DNA of 64,000 bases from Rhodothermales bacterium (GTDB taxonomy: Bacteria; Bacteroidota; Rhodothermia; Rhodothermales; Bin80), in NCBI GenBank assembly GCA_965220365.1, contig OZ244823.1:81650-145649 (forward strand), read 5' to 3'. Position 1 is the stretch's first letter; every line of letters begins with the position of its first letter. The notes beneath the pieces were generated by a model. It was not told the DNA's origin. It ran no database searches and saw nothing but the letters and a program-made list of their open reading frames with translations. Of the stretch, positions 55,592 through 63,826 are shown piece after piece. Both the position numbers and the translations under genes were made by a program.

Positions 55592-57916
55592 CTATATGTC
55601 TACGGGTTGCTTCTTCAAAATGAACACCCCTTCCCTGCGACTTGTCACAACAATAATTCCACTCTCAAAGTATGGGAAACTGCTCCAGGTTCCATTGAAT
55701 CCGGCCTCATCCGTCCCATACGGGGTGGTATCAAAGTGTCCAATCTCAACAGGATCCTCCGGCGAGGATACATCGATAATACGCAGACCACTCGCATTAT
55801 TGGTCTGGTACATCAGATTGCCATGTATATACAGATTGTGATCCGTCGCTGAGGTGGGTCCATAGAACTCACGAATCATGATCGGATCACTTAGATCCCT
55901 CACATCCCAAACCAGTGTGCGTGTTTTATGAACCTTGCCCTGGATTTCATCAAGCTCATCATTCTGGAAAAAATAGGAATGATCCTCTGTGAGCCAACCC
56001 TGATGCACGTACGCAGCATCAGGATAGGAGCCGGTTCCAATTGCAACCGGGTTTTCTTTGTCGGTCACATCCGATATACTGATTGCCGTTTCATTGGCAC
56101 CGAAGCAAATTTCACGTCCAGCGTATTCACTGTCTGGTCCATGGTAAATCATACACTGCGCATCATGGCTGTATCCGGTCTTGCGGCGTCCGGTTGTCTC
56201 GTCTGCAAAGCATCCGGCAAAAACAGGAGCCTGGGGTTCACGGATATCAATCATGTGCAACCCTCCGCCACAGGTTTCTCCTCCGGCGGAGGCTCCCACC
56301 GCAAAGGCAAACCCCGTCTCTTCATTAATGACAATATTATGAGCGCTGTGAATACGATCATAATGTGCCGTTGCTTTGAACTCCACTGGAGTATTGGTAA
56401 GTCCTCTAAGTTGCGTCAGGTCGAAGATCTGCATTCCATGCTCCCGGGCGCCATCGGCGACAATAAATGCGTGATCCTTATACACCTTGATATCCCGCCA
56501 GGTACTTCCTGGCGAGCCTTCTGTCCGGGGCAGGGTTCCCAGGTATCTGGGGCTTGATGGAGTACTCAAATCAACGAAAACCGTCCCCTCAAGATGGCCG
56601 ATCAAACCATACTCAATTCCGGTTTCGGGATCGGTCCATCCCCACACATCACTCAGGCGCACCCCACGATTCATCTCCATTTCTTCATTCGGAAGAAAGG
56701 AAACCAGGTCCACAAGCCCACAATCAAACCCTTCTGCCTGTCCACCATCACACAGGATGTCAGCTTTACGGGGCATGTGCTCATGAACATAAAAGAGTTC
56801 TTGGACCATCTCCCATACACCGCCATTGAATTCCAGTAGTTCAGCACTTCCTTCTCCATATGCAGCACTTGGGGATCCAACCGCCATTACGCTTCCGTCC
56901 ACGGCAACCGTAGATCCAAGTGAGAAGCCGATCCCTGGAACAGTGATATACTCAGGTTCTGAATCCTCATGTACGGTATAGACACGTAAATTTTCTTCTG
57001 CGTCACGAGGCCCAAACACGGGGAATCCAACAACGATCCGCAACGGATCCTGGATCTCAACCTGAAATCCAAAAAAGGACCCAGTGGCATCTTCTTCTGG
57101 AGTAAGAATTTTCACCTTTTTCCATCCTGAATTTTCCGTATTCTCTTGCTGCCAGACGACGACTGCACCTTTTCTTGAATTGTGTTGGGGGGCTCCGACC
57201 ACTGCGCGCTCCCCCCTCAGGTCCAAGGTCACTCCATACATGGATTCTGCACTCAGTTCCCCGCAAGGCAACGTTGCAGACAATCCCCACCCATCAGCTT
57301 GATACTCGTACAGGTACGCAGTACAAAGTCCGGGAGAGCCAATCAGGAGGCGTCCCTGATCCATCGAAAGTGCACTCCCATACATGGATGCAGATGACTC
57401 TCCGGGTTCTTCAAGAATCGTTCTTCTGCCCCACGTTCCCTCCGAGTCCTTCCGAAAGAGGTGGACCTGGCCAGCGGATCCGTCGGCCTGCGAGGCGCCT
57501 ATGGCAAGCCACCCGTCATCCAGCGCAAGAGCAGTACCAAACGTGCTGTTGTCCTCTGACTCCAGCCGATCCGTCTGCACAAAGTGGTCCGTCTCAGGAT
57601 TCAGTTCAAACACGTACACTGCGGATTGATCTGCAACCGCCAGTGTTCCGTCCCCATACCCGATTGTGTGGCCGAATCCATCCCCTACGTGGGCATCCCC
57701 GTGCAATGAGTTCTTCCAAACCCATTTCTGGTCGTCTCCCCGCACGTAGACATGAACCATCCCATGGGTTTCAAATCCACCCGACTCTGATATAAAGAGA
57801 TGGCCATCCCCGGCAGTAATTGCTCTACCAAACCGATCAGCCAGATCGGTGGGATTGGCCCAGGTCGGGGATACTGCGAAGAAAGCAAACAGGTATAAGG
57901 CAAGAGATTTGCGCAT
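55592..57916 (-). CDS. Secreted double-propeller protein, paralogue 1: FG-GAP-like repeats plus an LVIVD/choice-of-anchor-B domain
   Basis: Signal MRKSLALYLFAFFAVSPTWA. N-terminal half has repeated [LIV]A[VI]G[AS]P...G.[VA]Y[LV]F blades. C-terminal half has DVWGWTDPETGIEYGLIG, KDHAFIVADG, GLRIIDVSSPEDPVEIGHFDT. The ORF track start of 58009 runs into the spacer. Confidence 0.8.
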   Translation of the reverse strand: MRKSLALYLFAFFAVSPTWANPTDLADRFGRAITAGDGHLFISESGGFETHGMVHVYVRGDDQKWVWKNSLHGDAHVGDGFGHTIGYGDGTLAVADQSAVYVFELNPETDHFVQTDRLESEDNSTFGTALALDDGWLAIGASQADGSAGQVHLFRKDSEGTWGRRTILEEPGESSASMYGSALSMDQGRLLIGSPGLCTAYLYEYQADGWGLSATLPCGELSAESMYGVTLDLRGERAVVGAPQHNSRKGAVVVWQQENTENSGWKKVKILTPEEDATGSFFGFQVEIQDPLRIVVGFPVFGPRDAEENLRVYTVHEDSEPEYITVPGIGFSLGSTVAVDGSVMAVGSPSAAYGEGSAELLEFNGGVWEMVQELFYVHEHMPRKADILCDGGQAEGFDCGLVDLVSFLPNEEMEMNRGVRLSDVWGWTDPETGIEYGLIGHLEGTVFVDLSTPSSPRYLGTLPRTEGSPGSTWRDIKVYKDHAFIVADGAREHGMQIFDLTQLRGLTNTPVEFKATAHYDRIHSAHNIVINEETGFAFAVGASAGGETCGGGLHMIDIREPQAPVFAGCFADETTGRRKTGYSHDAQCMIYHGPDSEYAGREICFGANETAISISDVTDKENPVAIGTGSYPDAAYVHQGWLTEDHSYFFQNDELDEIQGKVHKTRTLVWDVRDLSDPIMIREFYGPTSATDHNLYIHGNLMYQTNNASGLRIIDVSSPEDPVEIGHFDTTPYGTDEAGFNGTWSSFPYFESGIIVVTSRREGVFILKKQPVDI

Positions 57917-57945
57917 TACTCTTGAATAAGTCATGGTTCGTTGAT

Positions 57946-58087
57946 GGATCCCGTTCATGCTGCTGCGAAAGCCGGGCACTACTCTTGCGAATTTTGCTGA
58001 TCGTGCCAATCTGATTCAGAGGGAGGCGTATGACCCGATCCTGCTCCGCCAAAACTCAAAGAATTGGGTGGCGACATGGGCCATACA
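57946..58087 (-). pseudogene. Fossil of rpoD internal coding sequence (sigma region 2.4-3.0), spacer 1
   Basis: Colinear with 55051-55191 at a constant offset of 2,895 nt. It encodes ..[35 protein letters not shown]. The shared antisense ORF tail [22 protein letters not shown] appears in ORFs 54712-55119 and 57820-58014. Confidence 0.9.
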
Positions 58088-58192
58088 GTGTGCCGGCTCC
58101 GGCGAATTTGTCTCAAATTTTACAGTCAAACCGAATTAGGAAGGGGTTTACACAAATAAGCCTAACAATGATCCAAGCCAAAAGATTTATCC

Positions 58193-60526
58193 CTAAATAT
58201 CTACGGGTTGCTTCTTCAAAATAAATACCCCTTCCCTGCGACTGGTCACGACGATAATTCCACTCTCAAAGTATGGATAGCTGCTCCAGGTTCCATTGAA
58301 TCCGGCATCATCTGCCCCATACGGGGTGGTGTCGAAGTATCCAATCTCAACAGGATCCTCTGGTGAGGATACATCAATGATCCGCAGGCCACTCTTATAA
58401 TTGGTCTGATACATCAGATCACCGTGTATATACAGATTATGATCCGACGCTGAAGTAGGTCCATAGAACTCACGTATCATGATCGGGTCACTTAGATCCC
58501 TCACATCCCAAACGAGAGTACGTGTCTTCTCAACCTTGTCATACATTTCATCAAGCTCATCATTCTGGAAAAAATAGGAATGATCTTCTGTGAGCCAACC
58601 CTGGTGTACATACACGGCATCAGGATAGGAGCCGGTTCCGATTGCGACTGGATTTTCCTTATCTGTCACATCCGATATACTTATCGCCGTTTCATTGGCA
58701 CCGAAGCAAATTTCACGTCCAACGTACTCGCTATCTGGTCCATGGTATATCACGCACTGCGCATCATGACTGTATCCGGTCTTGCGGCGTCCGGTCGTCT
58801 CGTCTGCAAAGCATCCGTTAAAAACAGGGGCCTGGGGCTCACGGATATCAATCATATGCAACCCTCCGCCACAGGTCTCTGCTCCCCCAGAAGCCCCCAC
58901 CACAAAAGCAAACCCCGTCTCTTCATTAATGACAATGTTATGAGCGCTGTGGATACGGTCATAATGTGCCGTTGCTTCGAACTCCACTGGAGTGTCGGGG
59001 AGTCCCCTGAGTTGTGTCAGGTCGAAGATCTGCATGCCATGCTCCCGGGCACCATCGGCGACAATAAATGCGTGATCCTTATACACCTTGATATCCCGCC
59101 AGATACTTGCCAAGGAGCCTTCTGTACGAGGCAGGGTTCCCAAGTACCTGGGATTCGATGGAGTACTCAAATCAAGAAAGACCGTCCCTTCAAGATGACC
59201 GATCAAACCATACTCAATTCCGGTTTCGGGATCGATCCATCCCCACACATCACTCAGGAGCACTCCGCGATCCATCTCCATTTCTTCATTCGGAAGAAAG
59301 GAAACCAGATCCACATGTCCACAATCAAACTCTTCTGCCCGTCCATCACCACACATGACATTAGCCCTACGTGGTATATACCTACGAATGTAAAAGAGTT
59401 CTTGGACCACTTCCCACGCACCATCATTGAATTCCAGCAGTTCAGTGCTTCCTTCTCCATAAGCAGCACTTGGGGATCCAACCGCCATTACGCTTCCATC
59501 CACGGCAACTACGGAGCCGGATGAAACAACGATTCCAAGAACTGTGACGTACGCAGATTCCGAATCTTCATCTTCCTGCACGGTATAGACACGTAAATTT
59601 TCTTCTGCGTCACTGTCCCGTCCACGTAGTCCTCCAGACGCGGGAAATCCAACAACGATCCGTAGAGGATCCTGAATCTCGACCTGTGAACCAAAACGAA
59701 ACCCAGAAGCATCTTCCTCTGGCGTAAGAATTTTTGCCTTTTTCCACCCGGAGTCTTCCGTATTCTCCCGCTGCCAGACAACAACTGCACCTTTTGTTGA
59801 ATTGTGTTGGGGAGCTCCGATCACCGCACGCTCCCCCTTTAGATCCAGATTCATTCCGTACATGGATTCTGCACTCAGTTGCCCACAGGGCAACGTTGCA
59901 GACAACGCCCACCCGTCGGCTTGATATTCGTACAGATATGCAGCACAAAGTCCGGGCGAGCCAATCAGAAGGCGTCCCTGGTCCATCGAAAGTGCAATCC
60001 CATACATGGATGCAGCTGACTCTCCGGGTTCTTCAAGAATCGCCCTTCTGATCCACGTTCCTTTCGAGCTCTTCCGAAAAAGGTGGACATGACCAGTAGA
60101 CCCATTGGACTGTGAGGTGCCTACGGCAATCCATCCATCATCCAATGCAAGAGCGCTGCCAAACGTGCTCATGTACTTTGACTCCAGCCGCCCCGTCTGC
60201 ACAAAACGATCCGTCTCAGGATCCAGCTCAAACACGTACACTTTAGATCGTTCTGAAACCGCCAGTATCCCGTCTCTATATTCGATTGTATCGCCGTATC
60301 CACCTCCTACATGTAATGAGTCTTTCCAAACCCATTTCTGGTCGTCTCCGCGCACATAGACATGAACTATTCCGTGGGCTTCAAACCCGGCCGACTCTGA
60401 TATAAAGAGATAGCCATCCCCAGTAGTAATCGCTCGACCGAACCCATCAGCCAGACCGGTTTGGTTTGCCGAAGCCAGGGATACTGCGAGGAAAGCAAAC
60501 AGGCATGAGGCGAGAGACCTGCACAT
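58193..60526 (-). CDS. Secreted double-propeller protein, paralogue 2
   Basis: Signal MCRSLASCLFAFLAVSLASA, same architecture. The ORF track start of 60745 is an in-frame run through the rpoD fossil. Confidence 0.8.
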   Translation of the reverse strand: MCRSLASCLFAFLAVSLASANQTGLADGFGRAITTGDGYLFISESAGFEAHGIVHVYVRGDDQKWVWKDSLHVGGGYGDTIEYRDGILAVSERSKVYVFELDPETDRFVQTGRLESKYMSTFGSALALDDGWIAVGTSQSNGSTGHVHLFRKSSKGTWIRRAILEEPGESAASMYGIALSMDQGRLLIGSPGLCAAYLYEYQADGWALSATLPCGQLSAESMYGMNLDLKGERAVIGAPQHNSTKGAVVVWQRENTEDSGWKKAKILTPEEDASGFRFGSQVEIQDPLRIVVGFPASGGLRGRDSDAEENLRVYTVQEDEDSESAYVTVLGIVVSSGSVVAVDGSVMAVGSPSAAYGEGSTELLEFNDGAWEVVQELFYIRRYIPRRANVMCGDGRAEEFDCGHVDLVSFLPNEEMEMDRGVLLSDVWGWIDPETGIEYGLIGHLEGTVFLDLSTPSNPRYLGTLPRTEGSLASIWRDIKVYKDHAFIVADGAREHGMQIFDLTQLRGLPDTPVEFEATAHYDRIHSAHNIVINEETGFAFVVGASGGAETCGGGLHMIDIREPQAPVFNGCFADETTGRRKTGYSHDAQCVIYHGPDSEYVGREICFGANETAISISDVTDKENPVAIGTGSYPDAVYVHQGWLTEDHSYFFQNDELDEMYDKVEKTRTLVWDVRDLSDPIMIREFYGPTSASDHNLYIHGDLMYQTNYKSGLRIIDVSSPEDPVEIGYFDTTPYGADDAGFNGTWSSYPYFESGIIVVTSRREGVFILKKQPVDI

Positions 60527-60555
60527 TACTGTCGAGTAAGCCATGGTTCGTTCGT

Positions 60556-60676
60556 GGATCCTGTTCATGCTGTTGCGAATTTTGCTGATCGTGCCAATCT
60601 GATTCAGAGGCAGACGTACGACCCGATCCTGCTCCGCCAAAACTAAAAGAATTGGGTAGCGACATGGGCCATACAG
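60556..60676 (-). pseudogene. Fossil of rpoD internal coding sequence, spacer 2 (carries a 22-nt deletion between ttgcga repeats)
   Basis: ggatcctgttcatgctgttgcga|attttgctgatcgtgccaatctgattcagaggcagacgtacgacccg aligns to rpoD 55051 onward. Confidence 0.9.
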
Positions 60677-60786
60677 TGTGCGCGACCCCGACGAATTTAT
60701 CTCGGATTTTACAGCTAAAACCGAATTAGGAAGGGATTTACACAAATAAATAAGTCTAACAATGATTCAAGCCGAAAGATTTATGC

Positions 60787-63111
60787 CTATATATCTACGG
60801 ATTGCTTCTTCAAAATGAACACACCTTCCCTGCGACTGGTCACGACAATAATTCCACTCTCAAAATATGGGTAGCTACCCGAAGCTCCATTGAGGCCAGC
60901 ATCATCCGCCCCATACGGGGTGGTGTCGAAGTGTCCAATCTCAACGGGATCCTCTGGCAAGGATACATCAATGATGCGCAAGCCACTCTCATGATTGGTC
61001 TGGTACATCAGATCACCGTGGATATACAGATTGTGATCCGTCGCTGAGGTGGGTCCATAGAACTCACGAATCATGATCGGATCACTTAGATCCCTCACAT
61101 CCCAAATCAGGGTGCGTGTCTTCTCAACCTTGCCCTGGATTTCATCATGTTCATCATTCTGGAAAAAATAGGAATGATCTTCTGTGAGCCAACCTTGGTG
61201 CACGTATGCAGCATCAGGATAAGAACCAGTTCCGATTGCAACCGGGTTTTCTTTGTCCGTCACATCTGATATACTGATCGCTGTTTGATTGGCACCAAAG
61301 CAAATTTCACGTCCAGCGTATTCGCTATCCGGTCCATGGTAAATCACACACTGCGCATCATGAGTGTATCCGGTCTTGCGTCGTCCGGTTGACTCGTCTG
61401 CAAAGCACCCGGCAAAAACAGGGGCTTGGGGTTCACGGATATCAATCATGTGCAACCCTCCGCCACAGGTCTCTCCGCCCGCGGAAGTTCCCACCGCAAA
61501 GGCATACCCCGTCTCTTCATTAATGACAATATTGTGAGCACTGTGGATCTGGTCGTACTGTGCGGTTACTTCAAACTCGACCGGAGTATCGACGAGCCCT
61601 CTGAGCTGCGTCAGGTCAAAGATCTGCATTCCATGCTCCCAGGCACCATCGGAAACAATAAATGCGTGATCCTTATACACCTTGATATCCCGCCAGATAC
61701 TTGCTGGGGAGCCTTCCGTACGAGGCAGGGTTCCCAAATACCTGGGATTTGATGGAGTACTCAAATCAAGGAAGACCGTGCCTTCCAGGTGACCGATCAA
61801 CCCGTATTCAATTCCGGTTTCAGGATCGGTCCATCCCCATAGATCACTCAGGACCACTCCGCGATCCATCTCCATTTCTTCATTCGGCAGAAATGAAACC
61901 AAGTCCACATGCCTACAATCAAACTCTTCTGCCCGTCCATCATCACACAGGATGTCAGCCTTACGGGGTATATCCCTACGAACGTAAAAGAGTTCTTGGA
62001 CCATCTCCCACGCACCATCATTGAATTCCAGCAGTTCAGCACTTCCTTCTCCATATGCAGTCTCTGGGGATCCAACTGCTATTACACTTCCATCCACGGC
62101 AGCCGTGGATTCAAATGAGAAGGCGACTCCCGGAACGGTGGTGTACTCAGGTTCCGAATCCTCATCTTCCTGCACGGTATAGACACGTAAATTTTCTTCT
62201 GTGTTACTGCCCCATCCAAACACGGGGAACCCAGCAACGATGATCCGCAGTGGATCCTGAATCTCGACCTGCGAACCAAAACGAGACCCGGGGGCATCTT
62301 CCTCTGGAGCAAGAATTTTCACCTTTTTCCACCCGGAGTCTTCCGTATTCTCCTGCTGCCAGACAACGACTGCACCTTTTGTTGAATTGTGTTGGGGAGC
62401 TCCGATCACCGCACGCTCCCCCTTTAGATCCAGATTCATTCCGTACATGGATTCTGCACTCAGTTGCCCACAGGGCAACGTTGCAGACAACGCCCACCCG
62501 TCGGCTTGATATTCGTACAGATATGCAGCACAAAGTCCGGGCGAGCCAATCAGAAGGCGTCCCTGGTCCATCGAAAGTGCAATCCCATACATGGATGCAG
62601 CTGACTCTCCGGGTTCTTCAAGAATCGCCCTTCTGATCCACGTTCCTTTCGAGCTCTTCCGAAAAAGGTGGACATGACCAGTAGACCCATTGGACTGTGA
62701 GGTGCCTACGGCAATCCATCCATCATCCAATGCAAGAGCACTGCCAAACGTGCTCATGTACTTTGACTCCAGCCGCCCCGTCTGCACAAAACGATCCGTC
62801 TCAGGATCCAGCTCAAACACGTACACTTTAGATCGTTCTGAAACCGCCAGTATCCCGTCTCCATATTCGATTTTATCCCTGTATCCACCTCCTACATGCA
62901 ATGAATCTTTCCAAACCCATTTCTGGTCGTCTCCCCGCACATAGACGTGAATCATCTCGTGGGCTTCAAACCTGTCCGACCCTGATATAAAGAGGTAGCC
63001 ATCCCCAGTAGTAATCGCTCGACCGAACCCATCAGCCAGACCGGTTTGGTTTGCCCAAGCCAGGGATACTGCGAGGAAAGCAAACAGGCATGAGGCGAGA
63101 GACCTGCACAT
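60787..63111 (-). CDS. Secreted double-propeller protein, paralogue 3
   Basis: 774 aa with signal MCRSLASCLFAFLAVSLAWA. The ATG lies 25 nt downstream of the tRNA-Val 3' end. Confidence 0.85.
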   Translation of the reverse strand: MCRSLASCLFAFLAVSLAWANQTGLADGFGRAITTGDGYLFISGSDRFEAHEMIHVYVRGDDQKWVWKDSLHVGGGYRDKIEYGDGILAVSERSKVYVFELDPETDRFVQTGRLESKYMSTFGSALALDDGWIAVGTSQSNGSTGHVHLFRKSSKGTWIRRAILEEPGESAASMYGIALSMDQGRLLIGSPGLCAAYLYEYQADGWALSATLPCGQLSAESMYGMNLDLKGERAVIGAPQHNSTKGAVVVWQQENTEDSGWKKVKILAPEEDAPGSRFGSQVEIQDPLRIIVAGFPVFGWGSNTEENLRVYTVQEDEDSEPEYTTVPGVAFSFESTAAVDGSVIAVGSPETAYGEGSAELLEFNDGAWEMVQELFYVRRDIPRKADILCDDGRAEEFDCRHVDLVSFLPNEEMEMDRGVVLSDLWGWTDPETGIEYGLIGHLEGTVFLDLSTPSNPRYLGTLPRTEGSPASIWRDIKVYKDHAFIVSDGAWEHGMQIFDLTQLRGLVDTPVEFEVTAQYDQIHSAHNIVINEETGYAFAVGTSAGGETCGGGLHMIDIREPQAPVFAGCFADESTGRRKTGYTHDAQCVIYHGPDSEYAGREICFGANQTAISISDVTDKENPVAIGTGSYPDAAYVHQGWLTEDHSYFFQNDEHDEIQGKVEKTRTLIWDVRDLSDPIMIREFYGPTSATDHNLYIHGDLMYQTNHESGLRIIDVSLPEDPVEIGHFDTTPYGADDAGLNGASGSYPYFESGIIVVTSRREGVFILKKQSVDI

Positions 63112-63136
63112 TACTGTTGAATAAATCGTGATTCGC

Positions 63137-63213
63137 TGGTGGGCCCTACGGGATTCGAACCTGTGACCTCTCGCGTGTGAGGCGAGCGCTCTAAACCACT
63201 GAGCTAAGAGCCC
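63137..63213 (-). tRNA. tRNA-Val (anticodon CAC), CCA-encoded
   Basis: Folded by hand. Acceptor GGGCTCT/AGGGCCC, D-stem GCTC/GAGC, anticodon stem CTCGC/GCGAG with loop CT-CAC-AC, T-arm ACAGG-TTCGAAT-CCCGT (one A.C mismatch), discriminator A + CCA. 77 nt. Confidence 0.85.
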
Positions 63214-63662
63214 TTAGCCGGAGAGATCTCCGTCGACGACCCGCCGTTAACGCGCTTAGCCTGCTTGGGGTCCTGAATCTGAGTCTCCGCAATCGGGCCT
63301 GCCGCACTACGCAACCCGGACATAGGGGCGGGAATATACTGAGAAGTCCCTGCTACGAGTGCTGCTGCCAAGGCAATTGCCGCCGCCGTTCCAACCAGAA
63401 TACTGGTATGTGGTGGGCGCACCGGGGTCGCGAATGGAAGGCACTGGGATAAACGTGCGCGAACCCTCTTCCGCAAATCTTTCGGTGCCCGAAAGCTATA
63501 CTCGCTCAGTAGCCGCCGGGTACCACGCAAGTGCTTGACTTTCTTTGCAAGTCTGGAATCACACTCCAAGCACTCCTCAAACACGGCGCGGACCGAGCAA
63601 TCCATTGTGCCATCTACGTACTCACACAGGAACTCGTCCATCCAGGAGACTCGGTTCAACAT
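63204..63662 (-). CDS. Putative anti-sigma factor (zf-HC2-like N-terminus, single TM)
   Basis: EFLCEYVDGTMD...FEECLECDSRLAKKVKHL resembles an anti-sigma Zn-finger. TM segment ILVGTAAAIALAAALVAG. The last 10 nt overlap the tRNA 5' end. Confidence 0.45.
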   Translation of the reverse strand: MLNRVSWMDEFLCEYVDGTMDCSVRAVFEECLECDSRLAKKVKHLRGTRRLLSEYSFRAPKDLRKRVRARLSQCLPFATPVRPPHTSILVGTAAAIALAAALVAGTSQYIPAPMSGLRSAAGPIAETQIQDPKQAKRVNGGSSTEISPAKGS

Positions 63663-63826
63663 GATGCGCGGAAGTAGCGATGTAGCATACGATCAGGTGT
63701 TCTAAGTCAGTGAGATGTGAGCCTGCATAATAGGGACATAATGAAAGCTGAGCCCGAATGTTTCCAAGTTCTCCGTGTGATTACTAGGATAATTTGCGGA
63801 ATGTTCACAAAATCTCCACAAAATCC

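Noticed and set aside
57917-58009. Upstream extension of paralogue 1 (ORF track start 58009)
   Set aside because: The extension is translated spacer/rpoD-fossil DNA read out of its rpoD frame. The signal peptide begins at the Met at 57916, matching paralogue 3, whose ORF starts there.
57837-58052. 71-aa ORF (TTG start) [36 protein letters not shown]... as a possible expressed mini-sigma peptide
   Set aside because: It is simply the rpoD fossil read in its ancestral frame. It runs out of frame into paralogue 1, uses a non-ATG start with no evident RBS, and the equivalent ORF in spacer 2 is disrupted by the 22-nt deletion.
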